Shown piece by piece: positions 29,131-43,241 of a DNA stretch of 64,000 nucleotides. A program made the translations under genes and the position numbers. Under the pieces are notes generated by a model. The model was given only the letters and a program-made list of their open reading frames with translations, ran no database searches and was not told the DNA's origin. How positions within the stretch are numbered: position 1 is the first letter of the stretch; each line of letters starts with the position of its first letter. This stretch comes from Octopus vulgaris (lineage: Eukaryota), in assembly GCA_951406725.2 (NCBI GenBank), contig OX597822.1, forward strand, positions 43,772,001-43,836,000, in the 5' to 3' direction.

Positions 29131-30204
29131 TCTCACCTTTTACACATACATATGTGTACACATGGTCACTTTCATATATATTTCTCTATTTATAATTATT
29201 TGCTGTTACCTCGATTGTAGATCATCCAATAAATATATGAACACTAATTTGTCTTAGTAACGGTGATATCATCATTTAACTCCAGGCAATATGATCCAAA
29301 CACAGAGCATCTGCTACCTGTGTGATTGTAGTAAATATATTTGATGGCTATCTTTCTTTATTTCCGGTTCATTTGATTGTTAATCATTCAGTTATTAATC
29401 TTAGATTTATGTCTATCGTTTACTTGTTTCTGTCAATAAACTGCAGTCGTACTGGGGAACCGCCATGAAAAGTATAGTCCTGCTAATCGCCCCGTCAACA
29501 TATTATTTTATAATCTGGTACTTATTTACTGGTCTCTGTTGTCGGACCGGTAGGTTACAGGGAGATAAGTCACCACTGATTGTCAGGCGATAGTGAATAT
29601 ACATACAGCATATATATAAATGTGAGAATATACTATTTGTCTAAACCATGTTTTCTTAACTTTGCCTTCTCCCTTTTGTTTCTATTGCATGCTCTTGTTT
29701 TTCACTCTGATGAAGGCCTGTTACCTTAATTCGAATGCTCTATGAAGATGAAGAATTCTATTCTCGCACTTATGCATAGACTGCATTCTGGGAATTTTGA
29801 TCGGAAACAGCTGTTAGCTTTGTTATGTCTTGCTTTGTATCAATAAACAAGCTTCAAACGTTGTCCTATCGATGGTTAATTTATATTTTTCTCCCTTTTC
29901 TAGTTATCTGCATTGGTTCCTGACAAAATTTTGTTTATCCTCTTGTCATCTGGGCTCGACGTATATGGTGTCCCTGCACACCATTGCCCGGGGATAACAC
30001 AGGTAACGAACACTGATAATACATACGAATATTTTATCCCTTAGGCGGTTACTAAAACTGCTTAATCTCTCTTTCTCTCTCTCTCGCTCGCTCACTCCCT
30101 CTATATATATACTCACACATTCACACACATATATATATTTATATATACACACATACATAAATATACTTTTCTTTTTTATGTGTTTGAGCCCAAAGGTTTT
30201 GACC

Positions 30205-30590
30205 ATGCTGCAGCATCGACGTTGCCGCACTTGCCTCTACCTTTCCAATACCACCATCCCCACAGGCACCCATCATTGTATTTATCATATCACCGACTCC
30301 TTTACCTGTACTTCTAGAAACGTCCTTTACAGCATCTGCAGCCCTTTCTGTACATCGGTCAAACAGGATGCCGCTTGGCTGACCGGTTCGTGGAGCAACT
30401 CTGAGACATCAGACGCGGCAATGACACCCCGGTCTCGCGCCAATACTGCTCTGTCGGTCATTCACTACAATACTTATCTGTGTTCCGATTGTCTTTGTAC
30501 AGGGGCCATCCGGACTCCCATCTTCACTGTGAACAGGGATTAGTCTTATCTCTTCGCTCCTTTGCGCCACATGGACTCAACTCCCCTCCT
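30205..30590 (+). pseudogene. Penelope-like element GIY-YIG endonuclease remnant
   Basis: CRTC...SFTCTSRNVLYSIC, then a frameshift to LYIGQTGCRLADRFVEQL*DIR (TAC ATC GGT CAA ACA at 30351). Confidence 0.82.
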
Positions 30591-31257
30591 CTCCTCTCTT
30601 TATCTGACACCTACTTACTCTCTTCACTGCTACCCAGCTTCTCTTTTCATTGATATTCAATCCACCCACACCCGTCGCCACACACCCCACTTCCACATCC
30701 TGCTTCAGCTCCACACCACACGTCACAACACCGTCACACCACATCACACCACCCCACATCACTCCACACACACTAGCACTGACCACTTTCCAGCACCCAC
30801 ACCACACATCATCATCCGCACACCCACAGACCATCATCCACATACTCACTCATTACAGACACACACTTCTACATGTCAAAGTCACTAGCCTCTATCCGCG
30901 CCCACAAACTTACACATGCTTACATACACACATACTAATGCACACCTTCATTTTGGGATCACCAATACTTTATTATCTCCCTTTCTTTCTACCACTCCTG
31001 TCAAATCGTTTTTCCCAACCAGTCGCCCTGCTTGATCTCTAAATCTCTTTTACTTCTTTCAGTCATTTGAGTGCGGCCATGCTGGATTATCACTTTTAGT
31101 CGACCAAACTGACCCCAGGACTTATTCTTTGTAAGCCTAGTACTTATTCTATCGGGCTCTTATGCGCGAACTGCATCGGTTGTCAACACATCAGCATCGG
31201 TTGTCAAGCGACGCTGGGGGAACAAACACAGACACACAAAGGTATACACACACATGA

Positions 31258-31321
<64 letters not shown>

Positions 31322-31444
31322 GACGGGCTTCTTTCAGATTCCGTCTTCCAAATCCACTGATAAAGCTTTGGTCGGCCCGAGGCTATAGTAGAAGACACTT
31401 ACCCAAGGTGACACGAAGTCGGACTGAACCCGGAACCATGTGGT

Positions 31445-33792
31445 TCGTAAGCAAGCTACTTACCACAGAGGCAATCCTACGCCTATGAAAGAAATTCTGG
31501 TAGGCATTTTTGCCTGACGTTTTAATGATTCTGCCAGCTCACCCTTCTTTTTTAAATGTACAAGTTTGAAAAAAATTTTTATCTCTGTTTATTTTCGCTT
31601 ATTCCTTTGTATTGAAGAGCGTAGGATCTTCAGAATGAAATAGAAATTGAGGTTGTACGAATAATGTATATTTTGATGTGATTCACATTGACAAATACAC
31701 GATTGATTTTGATTGGTTGTTTCCACTAACGTTCTTTCAAAAGTATCAGACTGAGACAGAAAATACACAAATAGAAAATAGAAAATAAAATAAAATAAAA
31801 ATGGAAAATAAAAATAAAATTGCGTTAATATCGTGTTGTATAGAATCGAAGAAAACCTTGAGACAAAAAGAAATTTTAATTTGAAAAAGAAATCATTCAT
31901 ATCCAGAGTAAATTTATTAATGGTAAAGAAATAATTAATATAGAGGTAATTTTGTCTTTAAATATTTTTTTAAAAACTTTTAACGCGTTTGTTTGAGTAA
32001 GCTCGTAGATATAATTTTAAAAAATGGATTTCATTTTATATAAGCAACGCATACACACATACATATAAAAGGAGACGTGTAAAAAACTATATATTTATAC
32101 TAGCAGTATCGCCCGGCATTGCTCCGGTCTGTTTCCTTTAGAACTGGAATTTTTGAAACGTAAAAATGTTGCATTATGTAGCTTGTTATTCTCTTTAAGT
32201 GAACATTTTCCTGGTTGAAATACACCGAAAAATGGCGACACAGCAGTAAAAAAAAATCGTAAGAAATAGGGATTTTCATAGAAAAAAAGCAACTTTTTGA
32301 TATGACAGATGTCCCGCCAACTCCTGCTCAATCATCTGCTTGGAGAAGACGGTAATGTTGTCGAGAACCTTCGAATACGTTCTCAACACCACCATTCTCT
32401 CCTCTTGCTGTCTTAGCTACTCCCACTCTACAATCTTATCCGCATTCTTTTGCCATTTTTAAAATTAAAAAATAAAAAAGTCCAAAACAATAGTTCACAA
32501 AAAAGAAAAGAGAGAATTTAAAAGGAAACAAATGTGAAGAAAAAATAGCAAACAGTTCAATAAAAAGTCACAATAGAAGTAGAAAACAACAGTTAAAAAA
32601 AAAGGCAGCAAGAAATTTTCTGGGCACTTAGGTACTCCAAGCCTTATGGTACTCCAGTTTGAACGTGAACTGACCAACGTGAATTACAGCTTTCCAACGT
32701 AGTTGTAAAATACACGCTATTTACAAACAGCAAACGACTTTTGGTGGCCGGATACGTTACCAAACTATATTTCTCACAATAAGAACAAATTTTCACTTCA
32801 TGTGAACACTTCAAATATAGTTTTCCAATATTGGTAAATGTTGTTGTAAAAACATACACTGTTAAAAAGTGAACAATTTTTGGTTGAAGGATAACGCCCA
32901 CCAAACTACTTCTCACAATGAATATAAATTTTCATTTATTATGGACCATGTTGCTGAACCGCAAGTAGACCAACATCTTGAATCCAGTGAGGATTCCCTG
33001 TTTGTAAAACATATAATCGCAGACAACGACCCTCACTGGGTCCAAGAGAAAAGTCTTACCATGCAACAGCTTCTTTTGGCAGGCTAAACACTGCCGGCTA
33101 TCTTCTTCAGTGCATAACACAATGACACATGCGCACACAGACAACAGAGACTCATGGAAAGTAGGTAAGCTACGTACTTACCAAACAGCCATTCCTACAC
33201 CTATAAAAGAAATACTGCTAAGCATTTTTGCCTGACGTTTTAATGATTCTGCCAGCTCACCCTGTTTTTTTTTAAATCTACAAGTTTAAAAAAACTTCTC
33301 TTTTTTATCTTCTCTTATTCCTTTGTGTAGGATCTTCAGAATGGAATAGAAATTGAGGTTGTACGAATAATGTATATTTTGATGTGATTCTCATTGAGAA
33401 ATAAACAATTGATTTCAAAAGTATCAAGTTGAGACAGTAAATACACAAACAGAAAATAGAAAACATAAAATAAGATAAAATAAAAATGGAAAATAAAGAT
33501 AAAAATAAAATTGCATTTAATATCGTGTTGTATAGAATCGAAGAAAACCTAGAGGCAAAAAGAAATTATAAGTTAAAAAAGAAATCATCCACGTCCAGAG
33601 TAAATTAATTATTGGTAAAGAAATAATTAACATAAATGTAAGTTTATCTTAAAATATTAAAACAAAAATTTTAACCCGTTTGGTTGAGAAAGCTCGTAGA
33701 TATAACTAAAACAATAACGGATTTCCTTTTATATAAGCGACGCATACACACACATACATATAAAAGGAGACGTATAAAAAAAACTATATACT
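31445..33792 (+). repeat. Old direct duplication (~31445-32095 and ~33165-33792)
   Basis: Colinear diverged copies ~1.7 kb apart. Partial inverted third copy at ~33900-34070. Confidence 0.85.
32098..32330 (+). mobile_element. Possible Helitron/Helentron-type non-autonomous end
   Basis: TACTAGCAGTATCGCCCGGCATTGCTCCGG resembles ACTAG plus GC-hairpin termini. Resemblance only. Confidence 0.35.
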
Positions 33793-34220
33793 TATATATA
33801 CGAAATACATGTGCATATATTCATATGAATGCATTAATACGTGCATATACATAAATATACGTATACCCCCACAAAGGCATACATGCAGACACACATACAC
33901 AATTAATTCTTATTTTTTATTTTTATTTAATATTTTATATTTCTATATTTACCGTCTCAACTTGCATACTTCGGAAAAAACCTTAGTGGAAAGAGCTAAT
34001 GAAAATCAAATGTGCATATGTTAATGTACTCTATACGCACAACCTCAATTTTTTATTCCATTCTGAATCACAACTACTCGATGAACGGGAACGTGAAGCC
34101 CGGGGTAGCAGATTTTTATGTTTTTTGCGGCTTTAATAACAAAGAAATTTTTCGAACTTCCGGTATCCGAGAGTTATTTTTCCTACCTAGCTTCACGTTT
34201 ATGTGCTTACTCGGGTGTAT

Positions 34221-34278
<58 letters not shown>

Positions 34279-34631
34279 TAATAATAGGGAGAATAACTCT
34301 AAACTTTCAAGGAAAAAATTCAGTTTAGTAAAATCAAATTTCACAATATACAATTTATTATTGTGTACTTTATTGTGATCTAGGTAAATGTTTTATTATA
34401 AATATATTATTTTTTCTATATGGTATGATTTACGCCTATCATTGTTTGAATTATATAATGCTGGTTTTTCTCTAATTTATATTTCAGTTTCCGTCTACGA
34501 AATTCACTCACAAGGCTTTGGTAGGCCCGAGATTATAGTTGAAGACATTCACCCAAGGTGACAGGCAGTGGGACTGAATCTGGTACCATGTGGTTAGTAA
34601 GCAAGCTACTTACCACACAGCCACTCCTAAG

Positions 34632-34723
<92 letters not shown>

Positions 34724-36399
34724 CATATATACATACATATGTATAGATATATTTATATACATATATATATACAGAAATATACAAATAGACATATATATAT
34801 ATATATACATATATATACATATATACATATATATATATGCATATAAATATATATGCATATAAATATATATGCATACATATATATATATATATATACATAT
34901 ATATAAGTATATATATACGTACAAATATTTAAGAAAAAGGGGAAATACAATTGACATATCAAAAATGTATTTACATTATAATATAATATGATTATTCTAT
35001 AAAAGGATATAATATAATATAACAAATAATTAAAACTAATATAAACCCAACAATTTTTTTCGATTCATATCCACTAGTGAATTTATAAAAGTCACATTTA
35101 TGGATATGAGCCTCCTCAGAGTAATATTTGTTCACAAAACCGACAAAAATTGCATGCGAGGATTACTAAATCATAAAAGAGACTGATATAAAATATACCT
35201 ATGATTACAAGCGTAAGTGTTAATAATTGAAAAATATAATAAATATTATAACAACAAAATTCAAATACATAAAATACTTCAGTAAAGAAAACGATATTAA
35301 TCTAAAGTTATTTTAAACGAAAATAATCACTGCCAATTTTTATTATTTAATAATATCTGTATAGTATGTTAAGAAATTATCGTGGAGTAGGTATTATATT
35401 TTATTTACAAATACTAAAAGCTACGATGAAAAAAAATAAATAAGGATATATTTTATTCATACACTAAATTCATTAAAAGTTTTTTAATCAACGATGCATT
35501 CACTCGAAAACTTCTACTAAATACGCCGATGTTAGACAAATGTATAAAGCTACGTTTGTTATAAACTATGCTATTTCTTACATAAAAATGATGATAATAT
35601 ATAAATAAATAAAGTATCAGAATTTTATTTAGTTTTATAGAAGGAAACAAATTAGAATAAGCCAATAGTTTTACCATTCTATAATTTTTATGTGTATACA
35701 AGTTCGAATATGATGATATATATTAAATATTATAGGGTTTACAAGAAATATTCATATATGCATAATTATTCAAAAACATATAATTATATAATATAATTAT
35801 TCTAATCTATTTATTCGTACTAATGTAAACGTTATCCTAAGTAAATAACAAGTAAAAAATCCCACCGCAAATCAATGGTTATATATTTATATATTCATTG
35901 CTTACGGAAAAATAACCGGAAATACGTACTTATGATAGAAATGATTTTAATCACGATAGGGCATTTTATAAAATTATTTATGTTATTATTATTAAATACA
36001 ATTTATATATTTATAATAATTTTATATAAAGGTGATAGCATAATTAAAATTTATATCATAAATTTAACTGCGAAAATAATGATATAGTTTACACCGAAGA
36101 CAAATATACTTTATGGTACTAAATATATAAATTAATCCACTGAAATATTATAGATATCCTCATTAATATACTAGTTCAAAGCTACAAACCTTTCATTTAA
36201 AATAAAAACAAACTTACAAATCATTCATTATAATAGGTAATTTTTTCCCTAAAGCTACAAACCATTCAGTTTGATAAAAAGAAATTCAAATCGTTCAGTA
36301 TAATAAAATTTGGGCAAAAATACAATTACGTTGAATAATGTTGACACTTTAGAAAGTTTGGGGAAATATAACAGTTAATCATTCAACGTTTCCTGAAAC

Positions 36400-36447
<48 letters not shown>

Positions 36448-37174
36448 CATGCATATCTACATATACATATATATATATATACATACATATACATATATAT
36501 ACTTACATATACGTATATAGGTATATATATGCATACATACACACAGACAGACAGACACACACACATACACACACACATATATATGTGGGGTTTAGTTTAC
36601 TGATGATCTAAACCAATATGTACGTGCGTAATTACTATAATTGAATATCGGTTAGGTTCCAAGTTCACAGCTGAGGCTGAAATTAGGGATTCGTAGTAGT
36701 TTCCTAGTCAACTGTTATATATTCAAGGAAAAGGGGAACAACACTAAGTCAGGGTGAGTAACTCAGGTCATTTAGAATATTAAATTGTAGTAAGATGAAT
36801 CAAAAATGGAGAAGTAGAAGTTATTAATGTCTTACAGCTCTTTCTGGGATATCCCAATTGATGGGTCAACATCTTCATACACTGGGTATTTCGTCATCAG
36901 ATTAAATATTTTAAATTTCTTCAGACACTCGTCCTGCCTTGGTTTTGCTTTCCTTTTCTTTTATACATATATATCACTATTAAATACAAAGAAGACAATA
37001 AAAGCAAAATTTGAAATACGTGTATATATATATATATAATTTTAAAAATACGCGTAGTAAATAAACAAACGACAACGTACTGAATACAGAGACGAACATA
37101 AGAAACATAAGATCACCAACTCCTCATCAGTTATCAGCCAGATAATATTGTTTCCGCTCTGGAAGTAAAGTAAA

Positions 37175-37219
<45 letters not shown>

Positions 37220-37353
37220 GAGTAGCACAAATGTACCCCGAGAATATCTCAACAAATAAGTAAAAAAAAATATATATGTATATATATATATATATACATA
37301 TATATACATATATATATACATATATGTATGTATATATATATACATATATATAC

Positions 37354-37385
<32 letters not shown>

Positions 37386-37446
37386 CAATGTATATATATA
37401 TATATATATATATATGTATTTATATATATTCATACATATATGTATG

Positions 37447-37477
<31 letters not shown>

Positions 37478-37593
37478 CACCGTGATCACCGTGACCGACC
37501 AGGCTATCAGATGTTGTTACACATCGCTGGTCACAATGCGCTTCGCATTGTCTTAGCCTTCAAATGACGCCACCCCGCTGGCTAAGCGAGCAG

Positions 37594-37631
<38 letters not shown>

Positions 37632-37680
37632 CATATATATATGTATATATATATACATACATATATATATATGTATATAT

Positions 37681-37733
<53 letters not shown>

Positions 37734-37959
37734 TATATATATATATATGTATATATATATATTCATTCAAAATTTCATTTTTTTTCATTTTTTCATTCGT
37801 ATTTCATATCCGTTTTCATTCCTTAAATTTTATATGTCTTAAATCTATAAGGTTCATGAAGTTATTTATTTACTTATTTATACTTATATATTTGTAATTT
37901 AGTATGACAAACATTGTGATATATAAAGAGTAGTTATATTTATAAATTTGGGGAAATTA

Positions 37960-38055
37960 GACCTGACGATTGGGAGTGCGTTAACATAATGAGTTTTGAA
38001 ATGAGATGTTGTGTCTCAACAATACCATACGTACCCTCACGAAACACGTGTAGTC
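37960..38055 (+). ncRNA. Type I hammerhead ribozyme, family D (long stem II)
   Basis: gac-CTGACGA-t-tgggagtgcgt...acgtaccctca-c-GAAAC(acgt)GTA-gtc. Stem II pairs 10 of 11 positions. Palindromic stem III ACACGTGT. First stem II pair is mismatched. Confidence 0.72.
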
Positions 38056-38181
38056 CATAATATGAAAATTTGGATATTATGAATATAAATAGTAAGTATG
38101 TTGTTTAACATTTAATGGCTTGGTTGAGTTAATATCGTTTGGAGTTGATGATGAAGTTGTGAGTGTTTCTATCTCTAACCG

Positions 38182-38240
<59 letters not shown>

Positions 38241-39393
38241 TAGGTGCCGGCGTGGCTGTGATGTAAGAAGCTTTTATTCCAACCACATGTTCCCAGAGTC
38301 ATTCCGACTGCGTGGCAAGGGCCTTCTACTATACACTTAGGCTATCCAAAGCATTATGAGTGTATTCGGTGGACGGAAACTGAAAGAAGCCCATTGTATG
38401 TATATATATAAACACACACACATAGAAGCATACAGACATACACACACATAGACAAACATGTGTGTGTGTGCAGGTCTTCGTGTCTCTGTGTTTATCTATC
38501 ATCACCTTTTGGCAACCGATGTTGGTGTGTTTACATCCCCGTAACTTAGCGCTTCTGCAAAAGAGACCGATATAAATACGTTTTTTTTTTGTTGGCATCC
38601 TTTTGTCTCAGGAGACAATGGATTTGTGCATAAACTAATCCAGTCTGATTTTTACATTTCATGTTCTCTCTAGTTTCCTCTCCAAATTTGTGCAGGCCTG
38701 GGCTAGATGTAAGAAAATCCTGGGTAGCCCAATCGTCAGGATTCTTCTCTCGACCTTGCTGACGTAGTCTAAAGGCGTGCAGAGCATTACATTTGTCACC
38801 AGCTTGGTTACAGGAGCTGCCGGAAGAGTGTCGAGACGAACGCTAAACCGCCGACGCGGCTCCACTCCGGATTTCTTTGAGGGTTGTCTCCTTTCCGTAA
38901 CCCTAGATAGGGGCCCATACCGGGTACTGTTAGCTGGAGCCAGCTGAGCCTGAGGCTCAGCAGGCGATAAAAAGAAACCATTGTCGATTCGTATGACTAC
39001 AAATTGTTCAAAGCGGTGCCCCAGTATGGCTGCAGTTTAATGCTTGAAACAAGTAAGAATAAAATAATATAAAACAAAATAAAAGATACAAGACGCCGAT
39101 AAAGTATAGATATAGGCAGAGGCATGGCACTGATCCAGCATGGCCATACGTGTAGTCATGACTATGTGTCTATCCATGGCTGTGTTAAGAAGATCTCTTG
39201 TTTAACATGAAGTTTTGCGTTTAGCTAAACCGTGCGGCAATTTAGCCCCATTGCCTTCATTCATTCACGGAATTCTCGGTGTAGGTAAGTTGTAACGGCT
39301 TGCGCTTCACTTGTCCCTCAGCAAAACTGTTAGCCTTTGTATTTCTATTTTAATACATACATACAATACATTTCTATGTTAACACATACGTGA

Positions 39394-39810
39394 AGGGGAC
39401 GAGCTGGCAGAAACGTTAGCACATTGTGCGAAATGCGGTATTTCGTCTGCCGTTATGTTCTGAGTTCAAATTCCGGCGAGATCCACATTGCCTTTCATCT
39501 TTTCGGGGTTGATAAATAAAATACCACTTACGCACTGGGGTCGATGTAATCGGCTTAATCTCTTTGTCTGTCCTTGTTTGTCCCCTCTATGTTTAGCCCC
39601 TTGTGGGCAATAAAAAAAATAAGAAACGTTGGCACGCCGGGCGAAATATTTAGCGGTATTTCGTCTGTATTTACATTCTGAGGTCGAATTTCGCCGAGAT
39701 CAAATTTGCCTTTCATCCTTTCGGGGTCGCTAAATTAATTTCCAGTTGCGTAGTGGGGTGACACTAATCCACTGCCAGCCTCCCCCAAAATTTCAGGACT
39801 TGTGCCTAGA
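39394..39810 (+). mobile_element. SINE family S1 dimer
   Basis: Two successive S1 bodies. Confidence 0.8.
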
Positions 39811-40019
39811 TACATACATATTTACATAGATTCATACATACATACAAGCATGCATACATAAATACATACATGTATACACACATATATACATACATTCTTA
39901 CGCACATACAAATGCATTTATAGCAATAAAGAAATGAATCTATCTATCTCTCTGTCTGTCGGGCTGTCTGTATCTATCTTTCTATCTATCTGTCTATCTA
40001 CTTATCCATCCATCCATCC

Positions 40020-40094
<75 letters not shown>

Positions 40095-40994
40095 GTCAAT
40101 CTATCATCTATAATCTATCTATTAATACATGTTCTTTAGTCGAGCAAACCGCCCCCGGGACTTATTCTTTGTAAGCCTAGTACTTATTCTATCGGTCTCT
40201 TTTGCCGAACAGCTAAGTTACGGGGACGTAAACACACCAAAACCGGTTGTCAAGTGATGTTGGGGGGACAAACACAGACAAACAAACATACACATACATA
40301 TATATACATATATACAACGGGCTTCTTTCAGTTTCCGTCTACCAAATCCACTCACAAGGCTATGGTCGGCCCGAGGCTATAGTAGAAGGCACTTGCCCAA
40401 GGAGCCACGCAGTAGGACTGAACCCGGAACCATGTGGTTCGTAAGCAAGCCACTTACCACACAACCACTCCTACGCCTGTACATTCTTGTATATGGGGCT
40501 GTGTAATATATGTTTTTCATGTTTGAAACTAAATCTGCAAATACTCTCTCGTGGCCGATTCGTGAAGAAGCAATCATTGCTCTCAAACGTTATCTGATTA
40601 ACAAAAGTCGGACATTTAAACCAAGTCAAGGGAAAAGTGAACAACCCATTGAGCTGCATATAGGGAGCTTATCGAGAAGAAAGAAAACGTGTTAAGAAGC
40701 ATTTATGTCCAGTAATTTAACTGAAAATAGTTTCACTTTAAGTTCTTCCAAAAATATTCCAGTCATTCAAGAAATGGATAGATTCAGAGAAGACCTACTT
40801 TAATTAATCAACAACTGCGAAAGTTTTTGCCTGAGACATACGGTACCAGGCTGCTGATTTCTATTAAAAGAGCGTTATTCAAAGAGATACTACTTCCTAG
40901 TTTGTTCTTAAATGCCTGCCCACGCGCACACATGTTTATATAGGAGACTGTCTGTGATATGTGTACTGATGCATTAGTCTATCTATCTGTTTGC

Positions 40995-41066
<72 letters not shown>

Positions 41067-41127
41067 ATATCTATCTATCTCTATAATACACACTCAAATA
41101 TATATGTACGTATGTGTACATTTATAT

Positions 41128-41512
41128 ATGGCTGTGTGGTAAGTAGCTTGTTTATCAACCACATGGTTCCGGGTTCAGTCCCACTGCGTGGCACCTTGGG
41201 CAAGTGTCTTCTGCTATAGCCTCGGGCCGACCAAAGCCTTGTGAGTGGATTTGGTAGACGGAAACTGAAGGAAGCCCGTCGTATGTATGTATATATATAT
41301 ATCCGTGTGTGTGTTTATGAGTCTGTGTTTGTCCCCCTAGCATTGCTTGACAACCGATGCTGGTGTGTTTATGTCCTCGTTACTTAGCGGTTCGGCAAAA
41401 GAGACCGATAGAATAAGTACTGGGCTTACAAAAGAATAAGTCCCGGGTCGAGTTGCTCGATTAAAGGCGGTGCTCCAGCATGGCCGCAGTCAAATGACTG
41501 AAACTAAAAAAA
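41128..41512 (+). mobile_element. SINE family S2 (tRNA-like head, internal microsatellite, LINE-like tail)
   Basis: ggctgtgtggtaag...ggttccgggttcagtccc head. Other copies at 31050-31485 (-), 34485-34633 (-), 40135-40477 (-), and 38240-39060 (+, interrupted). Confidence 0.85.
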
Positions 41513-41856
41513 AAATATATATATATATATGTACGTATGTATATGTTTGTGTGTGTGTTTGTGTGTGTGTGCGCGTGAGCAAAAGAACATCAAGAAGTGA
41601 TACGGCACGACCTTTTCAAGCGGCTCCGTGTAATTAAACAATCCAATTACTACATCAATTTAAATGCAGAGCTATCATCAGCTGCACAAATAGAATTTTA
41701 ATCAGTTAGCCACATTAATATTTTTTCTCAAATACTTTAACAGAGCAAAAAGATTAAAGATATCTATGTTGTCTCTATTGTAGCTAAGAATAGCCAACAC
41801 TTCCAAGAAAGGTATGAAGTCCACAGGGGTCATAGTTTGTAAAATTATATACATAG

Positions 41857-41989
41857 TTGCAGCGTGGAAGGTGTTTGTAAGCCATTTAAGAAACACACAA
41901 AAGCCGTTCGATTCACTTCAACGTTTAAGTTTAATTTGTCAAAATATTTTCGTCGTTTAAATGGCTTACAAACACCTTCCACGCTGCAA
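41857..41989. repeat. Inverted repeat, 33-bp arms; same family as 53788-53905
   Basis: ttgcagcgtggaaggtgtttgtaagccatttaa and its reverse complement. Confidence 0.88.
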
Positions 41990-42050
41990 TCGTTTTCGTT
42001 CCAGCAAACGATCTCAGATCAAATCACTTGCTAAGCGAGTACATCTCCGT

Positions 42051-42081
<31 letters not shown>

Positions 42082-42090
<9 letters not shown>

Positions 42091-42587
42091 AAAATAGTAA
42101 AGTGTGAAAAAACGACAGAAGGCTTAAATGTTAAAAAATATATATATTTGTGTCAAAATGTCTGGAGAATATTGGAAAAATTTTTTTTCCTTTCCTTAAA
42201 ATGACATAATTTTAAAATTTTTAAAGAAATTACCGGTTTCGCGTGTAGCTTTTCAAATTTCTTGTGACGTTATGTTTATATTGCATGGAATTATCGTTGT
42301 TTTTATTTCCAGGAGATTTCTAAATAAGGGAGGTACCTCCCCTTATTTAGAAATCTCCTGGAAATAAAAACAACGATAATTCCATGCAATATAAACATAA
42401 CGTCACAAGAAATTTGAAAAGCTACACGCGAAACCGGTAATTTCTTTAAAAATTTTAAAATTATGTCATTTTAAGGAAAGGAAAAAAATTTTTCCAATAT
42501 TCTCCAGACATTTTGACACAAATATATATATTTTTTAACATTTAAGCCTTCTGTCGTTTTTTCACACTTTACTATTTTCTTATATAT
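42082..42587. repeat. Near-perfect ~505-bp palindrome
   Basis: ~250-bp arms centred on GGAGGT|ACCTCC at 42334/42335. (TA)n on the left; another TA tract ~35 bp beyond the right arm. Confidence 0.95.
42407..42446 (+). ncRNA. Type I hammerhead ribozyme, family E (U3-A8 core variant)
   Basis: aagaaat-TTGAAAA-GC(tacac)GC-GAAAC(cg)GTA-atttctt. 7-bp stem I, palindromic ACCGGT. Mirror copy at 42224-42263 on the minus strand. Confidence 0.72.
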
Positions 42588-43204
42588 TCACCCACGTGCT
42601 TTACCAAACAAACTTTCTTATCTATATATATATATATATATATACATATTTATATATTAAACCTTTGACACACTTGTATATATATATATATATATAACCC
42701 TAGTTAAATTTTGCAGGTGGTCTGAAGATCGACACCTTACTTAGCAGTTCCCCTTCAAGACACAAGCCTGAAAAAATTTTCTCGGCGGAGAGCGAAAGAG
42801 CTTCAGTTGCTCTTGCGTACACAAACCTCCTTCACGCCATTTATGTCAAGTGAAGGATTATGGCAAAATAAAGATTGGCAACATTCCGTCTCAGGTGTTA
42901 GCATCAGAACTAAGAGAACCGGATCAGAACCAGCATTATACCAATTCATCGGTCTCAGCTGCTACTCCCTTTGTAAAATTTTTAATGATCTCGAGAAGAT
43001 AAAAGGCAAATTTTATCTAAGCTGTACTCGAACACGGATATCGGGGTTTGTTATTCGAGTCGCTAATGATTCTTTCAATGCTTTGCCTGTGTGTGTACGT
43101 GCGTGTATGAGTGTGTGTTTGTGTATGACTCTTTGGACACATCCATATATGTAGATGCATTTATACATAATATATAGGACACATACGTGTATATGTGTGT
43201 ATAC

Positions 43205-43241
<37 letters not shown>

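Noticed and set aside
32644-33144. Short non-repetitive ORFs as host exons (also 27843-28255 and 58999-59290)
   Set aside because: No recognisable domain or consistent splice pattern. Likely decayed repeats. RNA-seq would be needed to exclude small exons.
36860-36907. Minus-strand CTGATGA-C-GAAA hammerhead-like string
   Set aside because: No stem II and no stem I pairing.
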